Shown here in pieces: positions 1 through 7,865 of a DNA stretch of 32,000 nucleotides. The notes beneath the pieces are model-generated. The model searched no databases, had not been told where the DNA came from, and saw only the letters and a program-made list of their open reading frames with translations. Numbering within the stretch: position 1 is the first letter of the stretch; the number at the start of each line of letters is the position of its first letter. The stretch is from Synechocystis sp. PCC 6803 substr. PCC-P (GTDB lineage Bacteria; Cyanobacteriota; Cyanobacteriia; Cyanobacteriales; Microcystaceae), in assembly GCF_000284455.1 (NCBI RefSeq), contig NC_017039.1, forward strand, positions 1,980,001 through 2,012,000. Reading direction: 5' to 3'. The position numbers and the translations under genes are program-made.

Positions 1-499
1 CATAGAAATTAATCAGCAACTGGGACGTCCCCAAAATCCCGTTTAGGGGGGTCAATAATTCATGGGGCAGGGAACGGGTAACTTGTTGGCGCAGATTATC
101 CAGGCGGCTTTCCACCATGGCCTGGCGCTGATAATGGCGGTCCAAACGGGTGGTGATGGCATGGAGCAGTTCATCGATGGTGAAGGGTTTGGTTAAATAA
201 TCATCTGCCCCCAATTCCATGCCCTGGCGGAATGCGTGGTGGTCTGCCTTTGCTGTTAAAAGAATAAAAGGAATAACCGCCAAGTTGGGGTCCTGGCGTA
301 GGGACATCAATACTTCAAATCCCGTCACCCTGGGCATCATCACATCACAGAGAATTAAGTCCGGCAGATGTTGCTTCGCCAAAGCCAGACCAGTTTCACC
401 ATCGGGGGCAGAAATAACTTCGTAGTCTTCCAGGGAGAGAATGTCCTCTATATTCTGCCTAACCTCTAGTTGGTCTTCAATTATCAAAATTTTGGGCAT
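1..499 (-). CDS. Response regulator receiver domain followed by start of a HisKA (histidine kinase) region; partial, continues off the left edge
   Basis: Reverse-strand translation from ATG at 499: MPKILIIEDQLEVRQNIEDILSLEDYEVISAPDGETGLALAKQHLPDLILCDVMMPRVTGFEVLMSLRQDPN...LLTAKADHHAFRQGMELGADDYLTKPF..., canonical REC (DD, D, T, K), then RSLPHELLTPLNGILGTSQLL = H-box. Not in ORF track because it has no stop inside the window. Confidence 0.9.
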   Translation of the reverse strand, partial: MPKILIIEDQLEVRQNIEDILSLEDYEVISAPDGETGLALAKQHLPDLILCDVMMPRVTGFEVLMSLRQDPNLAVIPFILLTAKADHHAFRQGMELGADDYLTKPFTIDELLHAITTRLDRHYQRQAMVESRLDNLRQQVTRSLPHELLTPLNGILGTSQLLINFY

Positions 500-1076
500 G
501 GGTTGCGCTTAAAAAATGATGTTGTAGATAATTCTGACCTTTCTCCATTATTTTCCTACCTCATGTCTCTTTGCTCACCATGATTTTTTTGTTAGGGGAG
601 TTTTCTGGGCGGCAGAATATCAGGCGATCGCCAAACTCAGTTGTGCCCTCAAGTGAGCAGCAGTAATGAAGTCAAATTCCATACTAGGCGGCGGTAAAAA
701 GGACTTGAATCAAGTTTTTGGGAGTAGGGGAGCAACTTTAAGAAGAGATTACGGAAAATTTAAGGAAAATAAGATTTAAAGAAAATCTAGAAACCCCAGG
801 AAATTTTAAGATTATTCATAACTGTCGATTGTGCTTCTATTATCTATCCATATGATCCAGAAAGGGGAATTGGGTCAAGCTCTTTTCCCTAGAACCACTC
901 CCAGGAGCAGGGATATGTAAAGAATTGTTTTGGGAAAGTCGGGGGGAGGGGGAGGACGCAGAATAAAGCTGGTAGAATTTGGCGTTAAGTGGGCTGGGTT
1001 GTTGCCTGGGGCTTCCTCGGGACACCAGCAAACGGGATAGTTTTTTACAAATCGCAATTATCTAAGGAATTAAATC

Positions 1077-1301
1077 ATGGCCTTAAATCGTGGTGACAAA
1101 GTTAGAATCAAACGCACTGAGTCCTACTGGTACGGTGATGTTGGCACGGTTGCTAGTGTGGAGAAAAGCGGCATTCTCTATCCGGTGATTGTGCGCTTCG
1201 ACCGGGTGAACTACAACGGTTTCAGCGGTAGTGCTTCCGGGGTAAACACCAACAACTTTGCCGAAAATGAATTGGAATTGGTGCAAGCGGCGGCAAAATA
1301 G
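1077..1301 (+). CDS. psaE: Photosystem I reaction centre subunit IV (PsaE)
   Basis: 74 aa [51 protein letters not shown]...[12 protein letters not shown], recognisable PsaE SH3-like fold protein. Confidence 0.98.
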   Translation: MALNRGDKVRIKRTESYWYGDVGTVASVEKSGILYPVIVRFDRVNYNGFSGSASGVNTNNFAENELELVQAAAK

Positions 1302-1335
1302 TCTTGACTGTGGACTAAATTTGCATTGTTGAACT

Positions 1336-2199
1336 GTGCCAGAACTACCAGAAGTTGAAACAGTATGCCGGGGGCTCAATCGTTTGACCCTGGAGCAGAC
1401 CATCGGGGGAGGGGAAGTGTTGCTTGATCGCAGTCTTGCCTACCCCGTTTCTGTTGAGGATTTTCAGAAGCAAATTACCGGTTGTCGTTTGGTGGGCTGG
1501 CAACGGCGGGGAAAGTATTTGCTGGGGGAACTTAGAAGCAATCAAGCCCCAGGGCCGGCGGGATGGTTGGGATGCCATTTACGTATGACAGGGCAGTTAC
1601 TCTGGACAGAACGGGATCAGCAGAGACCACGACACACTAGGGTGGTGCTCCACTTTGAGGGCGGGTGGGAGTTACGTTTTGTGGATACCCGCACCTTTGG
1701 CAAAGTCTGGCTCCTACCAGGCGATCGCCCTTGGGCTGAAGTAATGACGGGGCTGGGACAGTTGGGGCCAGAACCCTTTGGGGCGGATTTTACGGCGGAA
1801 TATCTCTACGAAAAGCTGAAATCCAGTCGCCGCCCTTTAAAAAATGCCCTGCTGGATCAACGGTTGGTGGCAGGCTTGGGTAATATTTATGCCGATGAAG
1901 TCTTATTTTTTTGCGGCTTCCATCCCACCATGGCGAGTAATCAGGTGAGTTTGCAGGACTGTGAACTGATACATCAACAAATTCAAGCCACTTTAACAGC
2001 GGCCATTGAGGCTGGAGGCACTAGTTTCAGCGATTATCGCCAGGTGACTGGTATCAATGGTAATTATGGCGGTATGGCCCAGGTCTATGGTCGGGAAGGA
2101 GAACCCTGTCGTCATTGTGGTACAGTGATCGCCAAAATTAAATTGGGAGGGCGATCGGCCCACTTTTGTCCCCAGTGTCAGCCAAAATTAGAGCGGTGA
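1336..2199 (+). CDS. mutM: Formamidopyrimidine-DNA glycosylase (Fpg/MutM)
   Basis: GTG start; MPELPEVETVCRGL N-terminus (catalytic Pro/Glu), C-terminal zinc finger CRHCGTVIAKIKLGGRSAHFCPQCQ. Confidence 0.97.
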   Translation: MPELPEVETVCRGLNRLTLEQTIGGGEVLLDRSLAYPVSVEDFQKQITGCRLVGWQRRGKYLLGELRSNQAPGPAGWLGCHLRMTGQLLWTERDQQRPRHTRVVLHFEGGWELRFVDTRTFGKVWLLPGDRPWAEVMTGLGQLGPEPFGADFTAEYLYEKLKSSRRPLKNALLDQRLVAGLGNIYADEVLFFCGFHPTMASNQVSLQDCELIHQQIQATLTAAIEAGGTSFSDYRQVTGINGNYGGMAQVYGREGEPCRHCGTVIAKIKLGGRSAHFCPQCQPKLER

Positions 2200-2960
2200 A
2201 TATAGACGCATATAGGTCAAATAAATTATTGATGAATCCGATGGGCCAGCCTCGACAAAACCATTTAGCTGACTTTAAAGTGGGTGTGGATAACGTTATT
2301 TTTTCCGTCGATACCCACTTACATCGTTTATTGGTCTTACTAGTTAAACGAGAAGATCAGCCCTATCAAAATTATTGGAGTTTTCCCGGCACCTTAGTGA
2401 GAATGGGGGAAACCCTAGAGGGGGCCGCCCACCGGATTTTATCAGAAAAGATTGCCGTCAAAAATCTTTATTTAGAACAATTATATACATTTGGTAACCC
2501 TGGTCGAGACCCCAGGGAAGCACCGGATCAGTATGGGGTCAGGTATCTATCCGTCAGCTATTTCGCCCTCATCCGCTACGAAGATGCCCAGTTAATGAGC
2601 AAAAATCTGAGTCAGGTCAGTTGGCATAATGTGGCGGCCATTCCGACCTTAGCTTTTGACCACAATCAAATCCTTGACTATGGCTATCAGCGGCTCCGTA
2701 ATAAATTGGAATACAGCCCCATTGCCTTTGAAGTGTTGCCAGAATTGTTTACTTTAAATGATTTATTTCAACTCTACACCACGGTTTTAGGGGAAGATTT
2801 TGCCGATTATTCTAATTTTCGCTCCCGCTTATTAAAATTAGGTTTTCTCAAGGACACCGGCCAAAAAATCAGCAAAGGAGTAGGTCGTCCCGCTAGTCTT
2901 TTTCGTTTTGATGCCCGGGCCTTTGCGCCACTCCGGGATAAACCCCTAGTGTTTGTCTGA
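2196..2960 (+). CDS. nrtR: Nudix-domain transcriptional regulator of the NrtR type (NAD metabolism); start uncertain (GTG 2196 or ATG 2232; ORF track opens at 2166)
   Basis: N-terminal Nudix-like domain (VLLVKREDQPYQNYWSFPGTLVRMGETLEGAAHRILSEKI, degenerate Nudix box) plus C-terminal winged-helix-like region (SNFRSRLLKLGFLKDTGQKISKGVGRPASLFRFD); sits directly upstream of nadE. Confidence 0.85.
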   Translation: MNIDAYRSNKLLMNPMGQPRQNHLADFKVGVDNVIFSVDTHLHRLLVLLVKREDQPYQNYWSFPGTLVRMGETLEGAAHRILSEKIAVKNLYLEQLYTFGNPGRDPREAPDQYGVRYLSVSYFALIRYEDAQLMSKNLSQVSWHNVAAIPTLAFDHNQILDYGYQRLRNKLEYSPIAFEVLPELFTLNDLFQLYTTVLGEDFADYSNFRSRLLKLGFLKDTGQKISKGVGRPASLFRFDARAFAPLRDKPLVFV

Positions 2961-3009
2961 ATTGGCTCCGGTGGATTAAAGTAATAATTACCATAATACC
3001 CCTCTGACT

Positions 3010-4686
3010 ATGTTTACCATTGCCCTTGCCCAGCTTAATCCCACCATTGGGGCGATCGCCGAGAATGCCGAAAAAATTGTCACGGCAGCCCTGCAAGCCC
3101 AGGCAAGGGGAGCTGATTTACTATTAACGCCGGAATTAGCCCTCTGTGGTTATCCCCCCAAGGATTTGTTACTTAATCCAAGTTTTGTCGAACAACTGGA
3201 AGAAGAGTTACAATGGCTGGCGGAAAAAATGCCTCCTTCTATAGCAATTTTAGTGGGCACTGTTACTCCCCACCACCAGGCAGAACGCCAAGGACAAAAA
3301 AAACTTTGGAATAGTGCAGTATTAATTGAACAAGGACAGATAAAGCAGTGGTTTCATAAATGTCTCCTACCCACCTATGACGTATTTGATGAAGACCGTT
3401 ATTTTGCCTCGGCTGCCAAGAGTGAATATTTTATCTATAAAAACGTCAAAATTGGTGTGACTATTTGTGAAGATTTGTGGAATGACGAGGCTTTTTGGGG
3501 ACAAAAATTTTATCAAGTTAACCCCCTCATGGATTTGATTGATCAGGGCGTGAATTTAGTTGTTAACCTATCAGCTTCTCCCTACAGTTGTGGCAAGCAT
3601 TACCTGCGAGAATCCTTGATTAGCCACAGTGCCAAGAGATTTAATGTGCCTTTGATTTATGTTAACCAAGTGGGGGGCAATGATGATCTCATTTTTGATG
3701 GGGGTAGTTTTGCTGTCAATAGCCAAGGCAAAATTATTGGGCGATCACCGTTATTTCAAGAAGACTTAGCCCTGTTAAGTTATGACTTAAGTAGTGGGGA
3801 GTTAACTGGGCAAAAGTTAGCTAGTTTACCTATGGTGGATACCGAAGAATTGTGGCAAGCTCTGGTGTTGGGGGTGGGAGACTACCTCCACAAATGCGGT
3901 TTTAGTAAGGCAATTTTAGGTCTGAGCGGCGGCATTGACTCTTCCCTAGTGGCGGCCATTGCTGTGGAAGCTTTGGGCAAAGAAAATGTGCTGGGAATTT
4001 TGATGCCTTCTCCCTACAGTTCTGACCATTCTATTCAGGATGCCTTGGCCTTGGCAAAGAATTTAGGTATGAATACCCAAACTATTCCCATTGGGCCGAT
4101 TATGGCCACCTATGACCAGGCCCTAGTACCCCTTTTTCAAGATGCCCCCTTTGGCCTTGCCGAAGAAAATCTCCAGTCCCGCATCCGGGGCAACCTCCTG
4201 ATGGCGATCGCCAATAAATTTGGCCATCTACTCCTCAGCACTGGCAATAAATCGGAATTAGCGGTGGGTTACTGCACCCTCTACGGGGACATGAACGGTG
4301 GCCTAGCGGCGATCGCCGACGTCCCCAAAACCCAAGTATTTGAACTATGCCGCTGGCTCAACCGGGAACAAACCATCATTCCCCCCAGCGTTCTGACTAA
4401 ACCGCCCAGCGCCGAACTCAAACCAGGGCAAGTAGACACCGACTCCCTTCCCCCCTACGATGTCTTGGACGGCATTCTTGGGAGATTAGTCGAAAAACAT
4501 CAGTCTCCCCAGGAAATCATCAACGCAGGCTTTGAGCGGGAAGTCGTACTAAAAATTTGCCAACTAGTGCAAAAGTCAGAGTTCAAACGTCGTCAGGCCG
4601 CCCCGGGACTGAAAGTCACAGATCGAGCCTTTGGCAGTGGTTGGCGCATGCCCATTGCCCAAGCTTTCCATCCCCAAGGCAGTTAA
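3010..4686 (+). CDS. nadE: Glutamine-dependent NAD+ synthetase (N-terminal nitrilase-type amidase + C-terminal NAD synthetase)
   Basis: MFTIALAQLNPTIGAIAENAEKIVTAALQA... (nitrilase), VTICEDLWND (cysteine nucleophile region), ILGLSGGIDSSLVAAIAVEALG (ATP-PPase SGGxDSS), STGNKSELAVGYCTLYGDMNGG. Confidence 0.97.
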   Translation: MFTIALAQLNPTIGAIAENAEKIVTAALQAQARGADLLLTPELALCGYPPKDLLLNPSFVEQLEEELQWLAEKMPPSIAILVGTVTPHHQAERQGQKKLWNSAVLIEQGQIKQWFHKCLLPTYDVFDEDRYFASAAKSEYFIYKNVKIGVTICEDLWNDEAFWGQKFYQVNPLMDLIDQGVNLVVNLSASPYSCGKHYLRESLISHSAKRFNVPLIYVNQVGGNDDLIFDGGSFAVNSQGKIIGRSPLFQEDLALLSYDLSSGELTGQKLASLPMVDTEELWQALVLGVGDYLHKCGFSKAILGLSGGIDSSLVAAIAVEALGKENVLGILMPSPYSSDHSIQDALALAKNLGMNTQTIPIGPIMATYDQALVPLFQDAPFGLAEENLQSRIRGNLLMAIANKFGHLLLSTGNKSELAVGYCTLYGDMNGGLAAIADVPKTQVFELCRWLNREQTIIPPSVLTKPPSAELKPGQVDTDSLPPYDVLDGILGRLVEKHQSPQEIINAGFEREVVLKICQLVQKSEFKRRQAAPGLKVTDRAFGSGWRMPIAQAFHPQGS

Positions 4687-4883
4687 TTTCAGCGGCAAAG
4701 CTATATTTCAGGGGCTAACTAGTCCGGGAGGATCATTGAATTTTTTCCCTGGACTAGGTTAGGATTTATTAATGTAAAAAAAATATAAGCACAGTCAAAT
4801 TGTCTCCAAACTTGGCATCTAAGCTTAGCGTTTGCTTAGAATAACTTAATTGCGTTTATTTAAAAATCAATAATTTCTCTTTT

Positions 4884-5900
4884 TTGGAACGAACAAATGT
4901 CATGAATTCCTCGCTTTACCATGGTGAAAAAATCCGCCATTGGTTTCCTAACTCCTCCCTAGATTTTGTTTCCTCACTACATGCAATGTTGGACAATTTG
5001 TCAAAATGGTTTCGTAATTTACCTATCCCAAATTTTAGTAACAATTCCTTGTTTCTCCGTGGAGTTAGTAAAGTTCCCAACTCTCCCCAATTTAATGACC
5101 CAATTCAAAACCTGGCCTGGGAAATGGCCCATTGCCTGGAGCAAAAAAAATTTCACCTCCATTACCAACCCCAGATTGATATCAAAACAGGAGCTTTATT
5201 GGGGGTCGAAACCCTCATTCGTTGGCACCACCCCCGCCTAGGCTTTATCTCCCCTGCCGAGTTTATTCCCATTGCCGAACAAACCGGATTAATTGTCCCC
5301 ATGGGCTACTGGGTACTACAACAAAGCTGCCTTCAATACCAACGCTGGCTTTCCCAAGGCATTCCTCCTTTCAAGTTATCGGTCAATTTATCCCTACGTC
5401 AATTACAGGAAGCGAACTTAGTAAGCGAGATAGAAAGTATTGTTGCTCAGACTCAAATAAGTTACCAGCAAATTACCCTGGAAGTGACAGAAAGTCTTAT
5501 GCTCTATGAACCAGGGGAAACCATTAATCGCCTCAATCAACTAAATGAAATGGGCATACAAATCGCCATTGATGATTTTGGTGTCGGCTATTCTTCCCTC
5601 TCCTATCTCAAGGATTTACCTCTCCAGACTTTAAAAATTGATAAGTCGTTCTTAGATGACCTTTTGACTAGGGAAAAAAATCAGGTAATTCTCCAAAGCA
5701 TTATCGAACTAGGTCATCGTCTAGATCTAAAAATTGTTGCCGAAGGCGTGGAGAGTGTAGAACAATTAGCCATGCTCAAATCCATGGATTGCGACTATGG
5801 CCAAGGCTACCTTTTCAGTCGCCCTCTAACTGATCAAGATACTACTGCTTTTTTTCGCACATCATCCTTTCTGGAAACTCGCTGCCTAGCTACAGTTTAA
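4884..5900 (+). CDS. EAL-domain protein (cyclic-di-GMP phosphodiesterase family), no GGDEF domain in this ORF; start could be ATG 4902
   Basis: HLHYQPQIDIKTGALLGVETLIRWHHPRLG, NLSLRQL, LEVTESLM, IAIDDFGVGYSSLSYLKDLPLQTLKIDKSFL, IVAEGVES, GQGYLFSRPL: the catalytic/metal-binding positions appear retained. Confidence 0.93.
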   Translation: MERTNVMNSSLYHGEKIRHWFPNSSLDFVSSLHAMLDNLSKWFRNLPIPNFSNNSLFLRGVSKVPNSPQFNDPIQNLAWEMAHCLEQKKFHLHYQPQIDIKTGALLGVETLIRWHHPRLGFISPAEFIPIAEQTGLIVPMGYWVLQQSCLQYQRWLSQGIPPFKLSVNLSLRQLQEANLVSEIESIVAQTQISYQQITLEVTESLMLYEPGETINRLNQLNEMGIQIAIDDFGVGYSSLSYLKDLPLQTLKIDKSFLDDLLTREKNQVILQSIIELGHRLDLKIVAEGVESVEQLAMLKSMDCDYGQGYLFSRPLTDQDTTAFFRTSSFLETRCLATV

Positions 5901-6127
5901 AGAATCCGTTTTTGATTTGTTGTTAGTATGTTTTTAATATTTAAATACTCCATAAACTCCACTTTTGATTCCAGGTCAATGCCGTCTCTAAGGCCGGGGA
6001 AATTAGTCAAAATAGTCTAAATCTTCAAAATCCAGCAATACACAATACCATTAAATAATCAGCCAATTGCTCCGCTAATTAACTAAATCCAACCTTCTAA
6101 ATTTCCATCCACTGTTCAAGCACCATA

Positions 6128-7270
6128 ATGAGCAATTCAGTTTTGTCCACTTCTTCCCCAGGTAATATCCAAACTCGGCAGGCGATTCCGGCCCAACTCC
6201 TCTATTCCCTCGTCAACCAAAAAGCCAGCGGCAAACTTGTGGTACAAAACCCCTTTGACGAATTTGTTTATTGGCAAGTTTATTTGGGGGATGGTCGTAT
6301 TCACTTGGCCAACAGCGCCAATGGTTGTTCCGAAAGACTTAATTATCTGATTGGTAGCACCCTTCGTCAGAAGGGCATTGAACTGCCATCAAGAATTGCT
6401 GACGATTATATTTTTCTTTCCGGGCTCTGGAAAAGGGATGTTTTTTCCTTTCAGCAAACCCGCTCGATTCTGACCCAAGCTAGCCAAGAAGCCTTAGTTC
6501 AGGTACTTTCCTTACCTAAAACATCCTATCGTTTTAATCAAGAAAAAGAACTGAGCGAACTATTTTTGAATTTAGAGTTAGAAAAAACTATTACCCCCAT
6601 CAAACATAAAATTCGCTATTGGTGGGAATTGAGGTCCTATATTAACTCGCCTTTCCAGCGACCCCTAGTGGAAAACTGGCTTAGTCTGCGCCAAAATTTG
6701 GTGAAAAATAACCTCCATGGCCAACATTGGCTAAAACGCTTCCACACTTGCTTGGAAAATCTAAATTGCTTATATGAAATTGCCGGGCATTTGGAAATCA
6801 GTACTTTGGAGTTGGCATTAATGCTACAGCCCATGGTCAAGACTGGCGAAATCAAGATGCTGCCTTATCAAGAAATTCAAACGGATGACCGCCCTTTGGT
6901 GGCTTATGTTGACCATAGGGAAGTCCAGCAGCGCATGATGACCTATTCTTTGGAAAAAGAAGGCTATCGAGCCTTAGTACTGGATGATCCCTTTCGGGCT
7001 TTAACGGTGTTGTTGAATTCTCCCCCCAATCTGATTATCATAAATACTGACTTGCCGGACATGAACGGTTATCAACTCTGTTCGTTTTGCCGTAAGTCCA
7101 ATCAACTTAAAGATGTGCCGATCCTACTATTGGGGAAAGGTGACAATTTGATCAGCGGTATTCGTATCAAACTTTGTCAAGCTTCTGGGTACTTAAGTGA
7201 GCCTTTTGTTCCAGAAGAATTACTCGATCGGGTGGCAAAACTCCTTCCCACCAATAAAACCAACTCCTGA
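6128..7270 (+). CDS. pixE: PatA-like response regulator PixE (partner of the BLUF photoreceptor PixD); receiver domain degenerate
   Basis: 380 aa; N-terminal PatA/DUF4388-like domain (AIPAQLLYSLVNQKASGKLVVQ...), C-terminal receiver-like domain; immediately upstream of the BLUF gene. Confidence 0.9.
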   Translation: MSNSVLSTSSPGNIQTRQAIPAQLLYSLVNQKASGKLVVQNPFDEFVYWQVYLGDGRIHLANSANGCSERLNYLIGSTLRQKGIELPSRIADDYIFLSGLWKRDVFSFQQTRSILTQASQEALVQVLSLPKTSYRFNQEKELSELFLNLELEKTITPIKHKIRYWWELRSYINSPFQRPLVENWLSLRQNLVKNNLHGQHWLKRFHTCLENLNCLYEIAGHLEISTLELALMLQPMVKTGEIKMLPYQEIQTDDRPLVAYVDHREVQQRMMTYSLEKEGYRALVLDDPFRALTVLLNSPPNLIIINTDLPDMNGYQLCSFCRKSNQLKDVPILLLGKGDNLISGIRIKLCQASGYLSEPFVPEELLDRVAKLLPTNKTNS

Positions 7271-7412
7271 CGGCTTTTCTGCGTGATGAAAAGACAGTTT
7301 CAAAGGAGCGATTTCTGTTCCCAGGTACTGTTTTCCTTGATTCTAATCCAGATAGCAACCCACCATATTATTAATCCTAAAATTACAAAGTAGCTAAAAG
7401 CTACGCACAAAA

Positions 7413-7865
7413 ATGAGTTTGTACCGTTTGATTTACAGCAGTCAGGGCATTCCCAATTTACAACCCCAGGATTTAAAAGATATCTTAGAATCTTCCCAAA
7501 GAAATAATCCGGCCAATGGCATTACCGGACTGCTCTGCTACAGCAAGCCGGCTTTTCTGCAGGTATTGGAAGGAGAGTGTGAACAGGTTAATGAAACCTA
7601 CCACCGGATTGTGCAAGATGAACGCCACCACAGCCCCCAGATCATTGAGTGTATGCCGATCAGAAGAAGAAACTTCGAGGTTTGGTCTATGCAAGCGATC
7701 ACGGTGAATGATTTGTCAACGGAACAGGTTAAGACTTTGGTATTGAAATATTCCGGCTTCACCACCCTACGGCCCAGTGCCATGGACCCGGAACAATGCC
7801 TAAACTTTTTGCTAGACATTGCCAAGATTTACGAGTTGTCCGATAACTTTTTCCTCGACCTCTAA
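7413..7865 (+). CDS. pixD: BLUF-domain blue-light photoreceptor PixD
   Basis: 150 aa [55 protein letters not shown]...; conserved Tyr8, Gln50, Trp91 and Met93 by residue count. Confidence 0.98.

Noticed and set aside
219-425. 68-aa plus-strand ORF in the track
   Set aside because: Antisense to a convincing REC-domain coding frame on the minus strand; no recognisable protein features.
875-1057. 60-aa and 63-aa minus-strand ORFs upstream of psaE
   Set aside because: Lie in the psaE promoter/leader region; Pro-rich low-information sequence with no evidence of translation.
2166-2199. 34-bp coding overlap between mutM and nrtR in the ORF track
   Set aside because: Probably an over-called start; GTG 2196 or ATG 2232 give a minimal or no overlap.
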